Shown piece after piece: positions 9,246 through 18,882 of a stretch of DNA of 64,000 nt. Source of the stretch: Vulcanimicrobiota bacterium (GTDB lineage Bacteria; Vulcanimicrobiota; Vulcanimicrobiia; Vulcanimicrobiales; Vulcanimicrobiaceae); assembly GCA_963777315.1 (NCBI GenBank), contig CAVZQC010000005.1:1-64000 (forward strand), in the 5' to 3' direction. The notes beneath the pieces were generated by a model. It was not told the origin of the DNA, did no database searches, and saw nothing but the letters and a program-made list of their open reading frames with translations. Position 1 is the stretch's first letter, and the number at the start of each line of letters is the position of its first letter. The position numbers were made by a program, and so were the translations under genes.

Positions 9246-9826
9246 TTGGCCGCGCCTTTCCCAAGCGGAACCTGCTTGAGCGATTCGAGATAGGACACCA
9301 AGTCGCGAGCGTCTTGCGTTGCAACGACGATGCCGTGCGCAGGAGCAAACGATTGCGGAACGGCGACCACCACGTCGCCCAAAGCCGCGGCCGGTTTTAC
9401 CGCAAACAGCCACGGGTATCGCGGCATGATCGAATCCTGCACGACTGCGCGCGGATCCCACAGGTGAATGTACTGCCACACCGCGCTTGGCTGCCGATTG
9501 CCGATGTTGCTCAAATCCGGGCCGTTGCGGTGATCGCTGAGCAACTCGGGCGTATCGTACGCGTAGTCTCCGGCGATCGAAGGCCGGCCGAACACCAGAT
9601 CCTGTTTGAGCGGGCGCACGTTTTGCGTATGGCAATACGCGCACCCTTCGCTCACGTAAATGTCGCGCCCGTGCCGCTCCCGTGCGTCCGGTGGGTGCAG
9701 CCCGGCCGTGGGCGGCGTGTTGGAAAGGACGATCCCCGGCACCACGCCCATCAAAACGGCAAGCACCGCGTACACCACCGCCGATGCCAAAACCAGCGAC
9801 CAAACGTTGTTCATGCCGCTTCTCAT
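9242..9826 (-). CDS. ccoO: cbb3-type cytochrome c oxidase subunit II
   Basis: GRDIYVSEGCAYCHTQNVRP, RNGPDLSNIG, HLWDPRAVVQDSIMPRYPWLF. Confidence 0.9.
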   Translation of the reverse strand: MRSGMNNVWSLVLASAVVYAVLAVLMGVVPGIVLSNTPPTAGLHPPDARERHGRDIYVSEGCAYCHTQNVRPLKQDLVFGRPSIAGDYAYDTPELLSDHRNGPDLSNIGNRQPSAVWQYIHLWDPRAVVQDSIMPRYPWLFAVKPAAALGDVVVAVPQSFAPAHGIVVATQDARDLVSYLESLKQVPLGKGAAK

Positions 9827-11226
9827 GCGCGCACCGGCCGGCGGATTGGCCGTTCATAATCGGTGCTCTCGGGAGTGGGCGCTATCGTCATCGCGTAGAC
9901 GTTGTATGCGAAGATCAGGTGCGAAAGAAGCATCAGGCATCCGGCTACCGCTCGACCCACCCAGTACGGCGCCGCCGCATCGACCGAAGCGATGAACGGA
10001 TTGCCCGCGGCCCAAGTCAGGCCTTGCAGCGTACCGGCGATCGACAACGAGATGACGTAAAACGTAACGCCGATCGTCGCCAGCCAAAAATGCAAACCGG
10101 TTGCGATTGCGCTGGGAGCTTTTCCGGTCGCGCGCGGCAGCAGCGCGTAGATGCCGCCCCAAGCGATGAACGTGATGAATCCGTACATCGTGGCGTGCGA
10201 GTGTCCGATCGTGTAGTTGGTGAAGTGCCAAATCGACTGCAGGCTGCGGAACGCCTCGATCGTGCCTTGCGTCGAGCCCAAGAAATAATAGGCCACGCCG
10301 ACCACGATGAACGGCAGCGCGTACGATCGCCGTATCGTTTCACCGTGCCCGCGCATCGTCAGTCCGAAGTTCGCCGTACCTGCCCATACCGGGACGAGCA
10401 TTCCGACGCTAAAGACGATCGCCAGCGTTTGGAACCACCACGGCAAAGGCGAAAATTCGAAATGATGCGCGCCGATGACCGGGTAGAACACTAAGTTCGT
10501 CCAAAATCCGAGCACGCCGAGCGCATACGAATAGATCGGCCGGTTGAGCAGTTTGGGCAGCGCGTAATACGTCACGCCCAGCGCCAGAAACGTGAACCAC
10601 ATGCCGACCGCATTGTGCATGAAAAACCCTTGAACCGCGACTTGCCCCATTCCGATCTGATAGCTGGGAACGATCGCGACGATGCTCAGGATCAGCGTAA
10701 AAATGAATCCGCCGATCGTGTACCAGTTCGAAATGTAGATTTCGCGCTCCACGCGTTTTGCAACGGTGCGCACGACGGTCAAGCCGCTGAGGAAAACGCC
10801 CAGCAGGAACGCAATTTTGACCCACCAGACCCATTCGCGATATTCCTGGTCGCCGTAGTTATAGCCCAGGTCGAGCGTGATCGTGCCGCACACCGCGGCA
10901 AAGTTGTAAAAAAACAGCGACAGCCATGCGATGCGTTTGCCGACGACCGGTATGCCGGACGTGCGCGAGGCCACGTAGATAACCGCGCCGGAGAGTGCGA
11001 TCGACGCCCAGCCGTAAAACGTCCCGTTCGTGTGAATGGCGCGCAGCCGTCCGAACGAGAGGAACGGACTCGTGGCCCAGTCCGGATATGGGAACTTGAA
11101 ACTGAGCAGGAGCCCTACAGCGGTGGCCAAGAGCAGCCAAAACGTCGCGGTCAGCGTGAACGCCGCAAACAACGCGACGTCTTGTGGTTCGGCATTGTCG
11201 CGCCGCACGGGAACCGAAACGCTCAC
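9823..11226 (-). CDS. ccoN: cbb3-type cytochrome c oxidase subunit I
   Basis: FGRLRAIHTNG, EYREW, HNAVGMW, PIYSY, GAHH, IGHSH; GTG start at 11226 after GGGAGG. Confidence 0.9.
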   Translation of the reverse strand: MSVSVPVRRDNAEPQDVALFAAFTLTATFWLLLATAVGLLLSFKFPYPDWATSPFLSFGRLRAIHTNGTFYGWASIALSGAVIYVASRTSGIPVVGKRIAWLSLFFYNFAAVCGTITLDLGYNYGDQEYREWVWWVKIAFLLGVFLSGLTVVRTVAKRVEREIYISNWYTIGGFIFTLILSIVAIVPSYQIGMGQVAVQGFFMHNAVGMWFTFLALGVTYYALPKLLNRPIYSYALGVLGFWTNLVFYPVIGAHHFEFSPLPWWFQTLAIVFSVGMLVPVWAGTANFGLTMRGHGETIRRSYALPFIVVGVAYYFLGSTQGTIEAFRSLQSIWHFTNYTIGHSHATMYGFITFIAWGGIYALLPRATGKAPSAIATGLHFWLATIGVTFYVISLSIAGTLQGLTWAAGNPFIASVDAAAPYWVGRAVAGCLMLLSHLIFAYNVYAMTIAPTPESTDYERPIRRPVRA

Positions 11227-11278
11227 GGGGCCTCCCAGTAAAGCGAATTTACGGTGTCTTTGCCCGTTCGGCGCGTCG

Positions 11279-12700
11279 TTAAACTGGCTGGCTGGTTTGC
11301 GGCGGGTTCGAGGTCTGCGCCGGCGGAGCGAAGAGTTCGAGCACCAACGATGCCATGATTTGCATCTGAGAAAGAACGCCGGTCGTAATTTGCGTGAGTA
11401 CCTGATCCTTGGCAAGCTCGGAGGACGACTGTCCCACGTCGTCATCGCGGATCTCGCTCTCGCTGGCAACTTCGTTCACGATCTGCGCGGAAAGGTCGCT
11501 CGCGCTCGCATTGAGCGCAACGGTCTGGGCGCCAATCTGCGCTCGCGCTTGGCTTATCTGATCCATGGCATCGTCGACGCGCTGTTCGGCCGCGCCGGCC
11601 GGGACGGCGTTGGTAACGGAATTGCCGATGTCCTGATTCCAAACGTTGATTTCATCCGACGGCTGTACGCTCAGACCGGCTAGGCTGAGCGCCTGCGCCG
11701 TGATCGTGGGCAGCGAAACGTTCACGACGGTCCCCTCGTTGCCGTGGTCGTTGACCTGCAGCGCCGTGCCCGCAGCTTGATCTTTGCCCAGCGTGCTTTC
11801 GAAGGCAATCGTCGTTCCCACGTCGGCGGCAGTGAGGTTGGCCACCTGAAAATCGAGCAGCGTGTACGGACCTCCCGGCGCTACGTACGTCGAGGGAAAC
11901 TGACCGCTGTTGACCGGGACGGCCGACGTGTCGGTGAAAATCGGCTTGGCGCCCAGATTCGGATCGGTGCTGTATGCGGTGAACGTAATGTAGACGCCTG
12001 GACCGACGTTCATTCCGCTGTCGGGATCCACCGCGCTGTCGCTGTATCCGGTGATTTGAAAAGCCATGTATGCCGGAATGAAGTAGCCCGTCGGCGGAAT
12101 GCCGTTGCCCACGAGCGTAACCAGCGGCCCGGGGTTGCCCATTCCGTCGGCGTTCGTTACGTTGGAGCTGCCTGAATTCGGGCCTGCGGGCGGCGGGATC
12201 GCGGGCGTAACCTGTTTGATCGAATTGATGCCGGCGGGCGAGTCGTCGTGCGAGCCGTCGAACAGGGTAACGCCGTTGAACTTCGCGTTGCCCGCGATTT
12301 TGTCGATCTCTTGCATCATCTGATCGATCTGCGTTTGGATCTGCTGGAGATCGCCGGGGGAGGCGAAGTCGTTGCGCGCCTCTACGATGAGCGATCGAAC
12401 GCGCTGCAGGATCATCTGGACGTTGTCGAGCGCGCCGTCGGCCACGTCGAGCATATTGCTCGCAGTCTGTACGCCTTGTGCCGCCTGCTGCATGCCGCCG
12501 ACCTGCGTCTGCAGATTTTCGGCGATCGCGAGCCCGCTGGGATCGTCGGAAGCAGAATTCACGCGAAGGCCACTGGCCAACGCGCGCACTTGCCGCTGCT
12601 CGTCCGATTGCGTCCGCGACAGGCTCAGGTCGAGTCTGTCCGGCCCCCAGTACGTCCATAAGAGAGAGTCGTTTCCTCCGTGAAACTTCCCTTGGTACAT
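11279..12700 (-). CDS. Flagellin-like protein (start uncertain; see findings)
   Basis: LASGLRVNSASDDPSGLAIAE, ADGALDNVQMILQRVR, KFNGVTLFDG, RAQIGAQ, ESEIRDDD. Confidence 0.85.
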   Translation of the reverse strand: MYQGKFHGGNDSLLWTYWGPDRLDLSLSRTQSDEQRQVRALASGLRVNSASDDPSGLAIAENLQTQVGGMQQAAQGVQTASNMLDVADGALDNVQMILQRVRSLIVEARNDFASPGDLQQIQTQIDQMMQEIDKIAGNAKFNGVTLFDGSHDDSPAGINSIKQVTPAIPPPAGPNSGSSNVTNADGMGNPGPLVTLVGNGIPPTGYFIPAYMAFQITGYSDSAVDPDSGMNVGPGVYITFTAYSTDPNLGAKPIFTDTSAVPVNSGQFPSTYVAPGGPYTLLDFQVANLTAADVGTTIAFESTLGKDQAAGTALQVNDHGNEGTVVNVSLPTITAQALSLAGLSVQPSDEINVWNQDIGNSVTNAVPAGAAEQRVDDAMDQISQARAQIGAQTVALNASASDLSAQIVNEVASESEIRDDDVGQSSSELAKDQVLTQITTGVLSQMQIMASLVLELFAPPAQTSNPPQTSQPV

Positions 12701-12703
12701 TCC

Positions 12704-12730
12704 ATATCGGCATCCGAGCGAAAAATTTTC
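12704..12730 (-). promoter_or_regulatory. sigma28 (FliA/SigD)-type promoter for the flagellin
   Basis: GAAA-N15-GCCGATAT on the minus strand vs consensus TAAA-N15-GCCGATA(A/T). Confidence 0.7.
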
Positions 12731-12751
12731 GTAGACCGTTCGGCCCACCCT

Positions 12752-12778
12752 TAATCCGTCCGACCCCCTAGACGAAAT
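12752..12778 (+). promoter_or_regulatory. Weak sigma28-like promoter for the usher-like gene
   Basis: TAAT-N15-GACGAAAT, 14 nt before the ATG at 12793. Confidence 0.4.
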
Positions 12779-12792
12779 AGAGTCGGGGAGTT

Positions 12793-15700
12793 ATGACGAG
12801 CCGACGATACGCCGTTGGCCTGCGGATCGCAGGGCTGTGCCTGTGCGCATTCTCCGCTTGGGCCTTCACCGGACTTCATCTCGCCGCCGCCGCGCCGGAG
12901 CCGGTGCGGGCCGTTCTGCAGCTTCCGCTGATTATCGCCCCGGTTGCCGTTGCGCCGCCCGAGTCCGCACTGCCGGCCGACGGAACACCCGAGCCCGAAC
13001 CTTCCTTTACGGCTACACCGGCCCCACGACTGGTCACGCGGCGCGGCGGCCCGCTGGAATTTTCGCTGTCGGGCAGCGTCAACGTAGGCAACCGCACTTC
13101 GCAAACCGACCGCGACGCCTCACTGGGAATCGCATCGGATTCGCAAACTCAGACGACCGGCAACGTGGGAATGCTTGCAGAAGTTACGCGGCGCACTGCG
13201 TCGACCACGCTGCAGTTCGGCATTCCGTTCGACGTGGCCAGCACCAACAGCAGCACGTTGGGACTGGCGCAGATATCGTACGCCACCCCGCACTACGAAA
13301 TTTCCTACCAAGCCTCGACGCCCTCGGCCTTCGGGCAGCTGCCGATCGGCTCGACCTTGCGCGGTTTCGCGCTCACATTGCCGTTCGGTTCGGGCGATGC
13401 GCAGCTCTTCGAAGGTCCTGCGATCGGTTCCAACGGCGACGTCGTTCCCGTTCAAGGCGTTCGGCTGCGCCGTCAAGTCGGACGCAGTTTGGCCGAATTC
13501 GCAGCGACGCAAAACCCTGCCGGATTCCAAACCGCCGCCGCGCGAACCGAACTGGTCGGCCTTGCATCGAGCCTGGGACGGTTGACGTTTGTGGGTGAAG
13601 CTGCGCTGCAGCAAAAGCCCGGCACGGGCACCGGCAGCGCGTTTGCCTACCAGGGACGCGTGGATGCGGGCTCTTTCGACAGCGGCTGGAGCGCCACGCT
13701 GCGTCACGTTCCCGAACGCTTTCTGCTGTACGGAACCGGAGAGGCGTACGGAGATTCGTATCTCGACGTCAGCTTCCGGCGGTTTTTCAAAGGCCAGCTC
13801 GCCAGCGCGGAAATCGGTTACGACACGACGTCGCTGAGCGGCATTTCCTCCTCGCAGCGGCGCACATCGTTCAGCTACGGCGGCCAGGTCGGTCGAGTGC
13901 AGTACCAGTTGGGCTTGCAGGAACAAAAGCTCTTCGGCGGATCGAGCCCTTCGCAATGGTCGGGACAAACCGGCTTGCAGCTGGCCACGTCGAGCTCGCA
14001 AGGGATGATGCTGCTCGGCGTGCAGGCGGGGCGCATGACGCAGCCGATCGGCGGCAACATCGGTACGGCTGCGCTGAGCGCGCAGATCGATCGCAACGTT
14101 GGACAGATGCAGATCGGCGTTGCGTATCAAGCCCAGCGTCAGACGAATCCAACGACCGGCGCTTCGCTTTCGGGAGTTGAAAATTTCAGCATCAGCCGTC
14201 TATTCGGCCGTTCCGCCGTTGGCGTCGCGTACGGAGTCAATCACGCAATCACCCCGTACTCGGACGCCGTGACGCGTTCTCCGGTGCTGCAGTTGGGACG
14301 GCAAATTTCGCCGGCGCTTTCGCTGCAGGTGCAGTACGGACGCCAATCGCTCGTCGATGCGGTCAATCCCGCGCTCAACAGCCGAGGACGTTTGTTCAGC
14401 GTGCAGATCAACGCGCCGTTCGCATTGGGCAGCGGAGCCGTCCAAGGACGCGCCGACGCGCGGCTGCCGGCGACGATCTCCGGGCGCGTGCTGGCGGATA
14501 CCGGCATGAACAACACGTTCGGATTTCTTACGAGCGGCGGAATGGGCGACGTCGTCGTGGTGTTGGACAATCGCGACGTGCAGCGCACCGACTTGGAAGG
14601 AAGCTTCCGGTTTTCGTTCGTTTCCCCCGGACCGCATACCATCCGCATCGAGAACGCGTCGCTCCCGCGCGGGTACACCGTCGACCAACCCGTCGCCACG
14701 CTGAATCTCGAAGGCGGCCAGACCGGGCAGGTCGTGTTTCGCGTAGGCAACTTCGGCGCGATCGCCGGCCACGTGTTCGGCCGCGACAGCGGCGGATCGC
14801 TCATCCCGCTTTCGGACGTCATGCTTCGCTTGGACGGGGGGATGTATTCCAAAACCGATGCGAACGGTGCGTACGGGTTCGGGCGGCTTCTCGCGGGCGA
14901 TCACGTCGTGCAGATCGTCACCCAGAGCATTCCGGCGTTTGCCGATTTTCCCGCGGACGCAGTGCGCCGCACCGTGTCGGTTCAAAACGGCAACGTTGCA
15001 ACGGTCGATTTTACCGCGCAGCAGTTGGGATCGATCGCGGGAAGGCTGCTGTTTTTGCAGGAGCTCAAGCCCGATTTCAACGGCGGCGTAAACAACGCGT
15101 ACGTCGTCGCGGAACCGGGCGAGCATGCCGCGATAACGGATCCCGACGGGTCGTTCGTATTGGACGATTTGCCTGCGGGCACGTACAACGTTTCCGTCGA
15201 TCCGCAAACGCTTCCCGATCCGACCGGACCGGTGGAAGACGGCGCTGCGGTGACGCTTGCGGGCGGCGAGCATTATGAAGGGCTGCTGTTTCACATCGGC
15301 CGCAAGAAGAAAACCGTCGTCTTTACGTTTATCCAGCAAAAGACCGCCGGCGTGGAGATCGGGCTGGGCGATTCGCGCCTTCCGCCGCTCGGAAGCACCA
15401 ACGTGCACGTAAGCGCGCCCAAGGACGCCGGCGAAGTCAGTGCCTTTGCATTCGGTAAAACCACGGCGTTGCGCTACGACGAATCCGGCAGGTACTGGAG
15501 CGGAACGATTGCGGTTCCGGCCGGCGCCAAGGCCGGCGCGCAGGACGTGGTCGCCCACTGGGGCGGTAAAGCGCCCGGGACGGCGGCATCCTCGCTGCAG
15601 ATCGATCCGCAAATGCCGCTGGCACTTCTGCAAACGATTCCCGCGCATGCGGCGATAGGTCAGTACGTCGCCGTGCGCGCTCGCTTTTTGGCCGACGTTC

Positions 15701-15858
15701 GCAGCGGAGATACCATCGAATGGCAAGACGGCACCGTGACGACCCTGCGCAAACCGGCGTCCGGGCGCATATTCAGCTTTTCGCTGCATCTTTCTTTACG
15801 GCCACTTCACGGAACGCTGCTAACTCGCTCGGGTAAGCTGCCGATAATGTTACCGTGA
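12793..15858 (+). CDS. Large exported protein, putative usher-like (amphipathic beta-strands + three Cna-B/carboxypeptidase-regulatory-like sandwiches)
   Basis: Signal peptide; about 450 aa of alternating-polarity strands; repeats ATISGRV..RTDLEGSFRF, GAIAGHV..KTDANGAYGF and GSIAGRL..ITDPDGSFVL. Confidence 0.65.
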   Translation: MTSRRYAVGLRIAGLCLCAFSAWAFTGLHLAAAAPEPVRAVLQLPLIIAPVAVAPPESALPADGTPEPEPSFTATPAPRLVTRRGGPLEFSLSGSVNVGNRTSQTDRDASLGIASDSQTQTTGNVGMLAEVTRRTASTTLQFGIPFDVASTNSSTLGLAQISYATPHYEISYQASTPSAFGQLPIGSTLRGFALTLPFGSGDAQLFEGPAIGSNGDVVPVQGVRLRRQVGRSLAEFAATQNPAGFQTAAARTELVGLASSLGRLTFVGEAALQQKPGTGTGSAFAYQGRVDAGSFDSGWSATLRHVPERFLLYGTGEAYGDSYLDVSFRRFFKGQLASAEIGYDTTSLSGISSSQRRTSFSYGGQVGRVQYQLGLQEQKLFGGSSPSQWSGQTGLQLATSSSQGMMLLGVQAGRMTQPIGGNIGTAALSAQIDRNVGQMQIGVAYQAQRQTNPTTGASLSGVENFSISRLFGRSAVGVAYGVNHAITPYSDAVTRSPVLQLGRQISPALSLQVQYGRQSLVDAVNPALNSRGRLFSVQINAPFALGSGAVQGRADARLPATISGRVLADTGMNNTFGFLTSGGMGDVVVVLDNRDVQRTDLEGSFRFSFVSPGPHTIRIENASLPRGYTVDQPVATLNLEGGQTGQVVFRVGNFGAIAGHVFGRDSGGSLIPLSDVMLRLDGGMYSKTDANGAYGFGRLLAGDHVVQIVTQSIPAFADFPADAVRRTVSVQNGNVATVDFTAQQLGSIAGRLLFLQELKPDFNGGVNNAYVVAEPGEHAAITDPDGSFVLDDLPAGTYNVSVDPQTLPDPTGPVEDGAAVTLAGGEHYEGLLFHIGRKKKTVVFTFIQQKTAGVEIGLGDSRLPPLGSTNVHVSAPKDAGEVSAFAFGKTTALRYDESGRYWSGTIAVPAGAKAGAQDVVAHWGGKAPGTAASSLQIDPQMPLALLQTIPAHAAIGQYVAVRARFLADVRSGDTIEWQDGTVTTLRKPASGRIFSFSLHLSLRPLHGTLLTRSGKLPIMLP
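15821..15847 (+). promoter_or_regulatory. sigma28-type promoter for the putative major pilin
   Basis: TAAC-N15-GCCGATAA inside the 3' end of the upstream gene, 77 nt before the ATG at 15925. Confidence 0.7.
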
Positions 15859-15924
15859 TGTTACCGCTGGTGGCATCGTTTATCACCGCCATGGATGGCA
15901 TTCTCGAGATGGTGAAAGGATTTA

Positions 15925-16614
15925 ATGAACGCTAGGAATTTTGCAGTGCTCGCTACGATGGCTGCGCTGCTCTGCCCAACGTTCGCGAACGCAGCTACCA
16001 CGAAGACCGGTTCGGTTACCGTGAAATGGAACTCGCAGGCGCTCGCGACGCTCACGTTGCACACCGATTACAATTCCTCCGGCGTGTTTAACACGTCGGC
16101 CGGAAAAGTCGACACGAACGCCAATGGCGGTACGGGTACCTGCACGGCGGCCGACCCGACCAATACCGACGGAACCGTTGATTTCGGCACGGTTTCGGTT
16201 GATCCGACGAAATACACCGACTGCCAGTACGAAAACGCCGTAAACGCAATCGTCAGCACGAGCTCCAGCAACTGGACCCTTGCGGAAGCGCTCGGCGCTA
16301 ACCCGGCTGCCGGCTACGAACTCTGCGCGTACGCCAACAACGGCGCGAAGAGCTTCGCCTCGTTCAACGCTGCGGCGCTCCCGGTTGCGCAGACACAGTA
16401 CGCGGGGTCGGCCGTTACCAATACCAGCTCGGCGGCATGCGCTTCGAACGGCCAGCCGTTGAACACGTCCGGCTTTACGGCAGCAACCAACACCAATCAG
16501 TTCACCGTCGGCAGTCCGGCGAACGTCGGTCAAGATCTCGAACTGGTCATGGCCAACAACGCTGCGTCGAACAGCACTACGGCGACGCTTACCTATACGC
16601 TTACCGCGAATTAA
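15925..16614 (+). CDS. Putative major pilin subunit (secreted, Ig-like)
   Basis: Signal peptide (ANA), Thr/Asn/Ala-rich, 4 mature Cys, VDFGTV, C-terminal TLTYTLTAN; RBS AAAGGA; followed by a stem-loop. Confidence 0.65.
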   Translation: MNARNFAVLATMAALLCPTFANAATTKTGSVTVKWNSQALATLTLHTDYNSSGVFNTSAGKVDTNANGGTGTCTAADPTNTDGTVDFGTVSVDPTKYTDCQYENAVNAIVSTSSSNWTLAEALGANPAAGYELCAYANNGAKSFASFNAAALPVAQTQYAGSAVTNTSSAACASNGQPLNTSGFTAATNTNQFTVGSPANVGQDLELVMANNAASNSTTATLTYTLTAN

Positions 16615-16628
16615 ACAACCCTTTGCGA

Positions 16629-16662
16629 TTCGGCGCGGGGCTCGCGTGGGTTCCGCGCCGAA
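16629..16662 (+). terminator. GC-rich stem-loop after the major subunit (mRNA stabiliser or partial terminator)
   Basis: TTCGGCGCGGGGCTC-GCGT-GGGTTCCGCGCCGAA; no long U-tract. Confidence 0.6.
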
Positions 16663-16680
16663 ATTCATGGCATGGAGAAG

Positions 16681-17469
16681 ATGTTTAAGTCTGCCTGCGT
16701 CACTGCATTGATCGCCGTTAGCCTGCTGCTTCCCGCCGCAGGCGATACTTCGGGATTCGGCATCGAGGTCTCACCGGCAAAGCTCGACATCTCCATCCCG
16801 GCCGGGACGACGTACAACATTCCGGTAACCGTTCATAACACCACGCCCGATTCGATCCACATTCAGGCGTCGCTGGTTGACTTCGGGGTTTCACGCGGCG
16901 GCCAGTACGAATTTCAAAAAATCGGAAGCCGAAAATTTTCGCTGATGCGATGGAGCTCCATCAATCCGCGCGAGTTCGATCTCCCCGGCGGCACCACGCA
17001 GCAAGTGCGCCTGACGATTGCAGTCCCTCCGGACGGCCGTCTGTCGGGCGAATATGCGGGCATAGCGTTCTTCCAAACCCGGCCGGTCCGCCGTGCCGGC
17101 TCGAACTTCGCCTTCTCCGCGCGCGTGGCATCGAAGATCTACGCAACGGTCGGCTCGGACCAGTCACCGTCCGGCGAAATCGTGAAGATGGATTCAACGC
17201 GAAGCTCGCGCGGACAAACCTATCGCGTCCTCTTTCGCAATACGGGCAAAGTTCACGAATATCTCAACGGGCAAGTCGTGGTTCAGCGCGGGTCCGACAC
17301 GATAGAGCGCATCGGCATGCCGGAGTCGCTGCTGGTAGAGCGCGGCGGCGAACGCCTCGTGCAGATCGGCGGAAAGCACCTGGACCCCGGGACGTATCAA
17401 GTGATTGCGACAATCGATTATGGCGGAAAAACCGAAACCGGCGGAGCGATCACTCTAGCGGTACGGTAG
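16681..17469 (+). CDS. PapD-like / WxL-interacting-type periplasmic chaperone
   Basis: GIEVSPAKLDI, VTVHN, INPREFDLPGGTTQQVRLTI, GEYAGIAFF, FRNTGKVH; two Ig-like domains. Confidence 0.7.
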   Translation: MFKSACVTALIAVSLLLPAAGDTSGFGIEVSPAKLDISIPAGTTYNIPVTVHNTTPDSIHIQASLVDFGVSRGGQYEFQKIGSRKFSLMRWSSINPREFDLPGGTTQQVRLTIAVPPDGRLSGEYAGIAFFQTRPVRRAGSNFAFSARVASKIYATVGSDQSPSGEIVKMDSTRSSRGQTYRVLFRNTGKVHEYLNGQVVVQRGSDTIERIGMPESLLVERGGERLVQIGGKHLDPGTYQVIATIDYGGKTETGGAITLAVR

Positions 17470-17548
17470 GCGCCGCGACGCTACATTTTGACGGATCGCC
17501 GGATGCGGTCCGCTATCTGACGCACGACATAGGAGGTCGGGGAAAGTA

Positions 17549-18223
17549 ATGAGCAGGGGGGCTCGCGCGTTTCTAGCGGCAGTCGTTGCCGCGACGGCTT
17601 TGGCCCTCGCGCTCGCGCCGCGGGAAGCACACGCAACGACGCGATCGTCTGCGACCACCGTCAAGTGGTATTCGCAAGCGCTCGTGAACGTCACGCTCAC
17701 GCCCAACTACTATCCCGGCTTCGGTTCGGTAAAAGCGACTTTCGGAGCCCAGCCTGCACCCACGCACGGGCCTGACACGGCGTTCGGCGCGGTCGATTTC
17801 GGTCAAGTGCTTGCGGGCGATTCCTATTTATACAAATACGCGGTGCATGTAAACGTACAGACCAGCTCCGCCAACGGCTTCAATCTGTACGGCGAAGGCG
17901 CGGCAGATTTTTACAACCAGAACGACGGGACGTCGCAAACGCTTTCCTCGACGCTGTACTACGTGCCCTCGACCAGCGGATCGCCGGCGGATTCCAATAC
18001 GGGTTTCGCGCCGGGATATCCATTTTATAAAACATCGGGCGCCGTAACGGGCGGCAGCTTCAACGTGCCGCCGAGCATCTCGTATGTCGCTTACCCCGCG
18101 CCCATTGCGAGCACGTCGCAAGAGGCGGCGGATTTTTACTACGATTACGAACTCAAGGTGCCGCCCACCGCGACGGCCGGCTCGTACTTCGTCTGGGTCG
18201 TCTACACGGTGATGGCAAAGTGA
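17549..18223 (+). CDS. Putative minor pilin, paralogue of 15925-16614
   Basis: TTVKWYSQALVNVTL vs VTVKWNSQALATLTL; VDFGQV; C-terminal GSYFVWVVYTVMAK. Confidence 0.65.
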   Translation: MSRGARAFLAAVVAATALALALAPREAHATTRSSATTVKWYSQALVNVTLTPNYYPGFGSVKATFGAQPAPTHGPDTAFGAVDFGQVLAGDSYLYKYAVHVNVQTSSANGFNLYGEGAADFYNQNDGTSQTLSSTLYYVPSTSGSPADSNTGFAPGYPFYKTSGAVTGGSFNVPPSISYVAYPAPIASTSQEAADFYYDYELKVPPTATAGSYFVWVVYTVMAK

Positions 18224-18882
18224 GACTGAAAGTCGCACTGTTCTCGCTTGCCGTCGCGTGCATAGCGGTAGTCATGGCCGGCTCACGCGGGTCGGCAACG
18301 CTGGTCCAGCAGCGCGATCAGATCGCCGTAACGATCCTGGTCAACGTGACGCCGGCTCCCATGGGGTATCGCGCTCCGTCGCAATCCGATGAAGGCATCG
18401 TCGCGCGCATGCGCATGCGTCAGCGTGGATCCGACGATTGGGTCGCGCAGGTCAAGCAGCAGCCGGTTCGCGTGGAGGCGGCCGTGACTCCGAATCCGCA
18501 GGCGACGCTGCTGTACTCGGACCAGCCCTTTACGTCGATCACGACGACGGCCGGAACGACGACGACGGTCCCGTGCGCGTTCCACGTTACCGTGCACACG
18601 GCTTCGGCATACTGGATTCTCAAGCACGGGCTTTCGAACGATTTTTCGGACGGCGCAGCCGATACGTTTACCGGCACCGCGCTGGCCAACAACACGTACC
18701 TGGCAACGCCCAAACCCGCTCCGACGCCGTACATCGTGTACGCCGACGACGGCGGCAACTGGGCCACGCTCGACACGAACAAGTACATACAGACGTACTG
18801 CGTCGATTTGTCGGTGAGCGTTCCCGCAACCGTTCCGGGCGGCACGTACAGCAGCAACGCGGTTTACACGGTGTATTACTGA
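18220..18882 (+). CDS. Putative minor pilin
   Basis: Signal peptide, Cys pair, C-terminal VPATVPGGTYSSNAVYTVYY; translationally coupled on both sides. Confidence 0.6.
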   Translation: MRLKVALFSLAVACIAVVMAGSRGSATLVQQRDQIAVTILVNVTPAPMGYRAPSQSDEGIVARMRMRQRGSDDWVAQVKQQPVRVEAAVTPNPQATLLYSDQPFTSITTTAGTTTTVPCAFHVTVHTASAYWILKHGLSNDFSDGAADTFTGTALANNTYLATPKPAPTPYIVYADDGGNWATLDTNKYIQTYCVDLSVSVPATVPGGTYSSNAVYTVYY

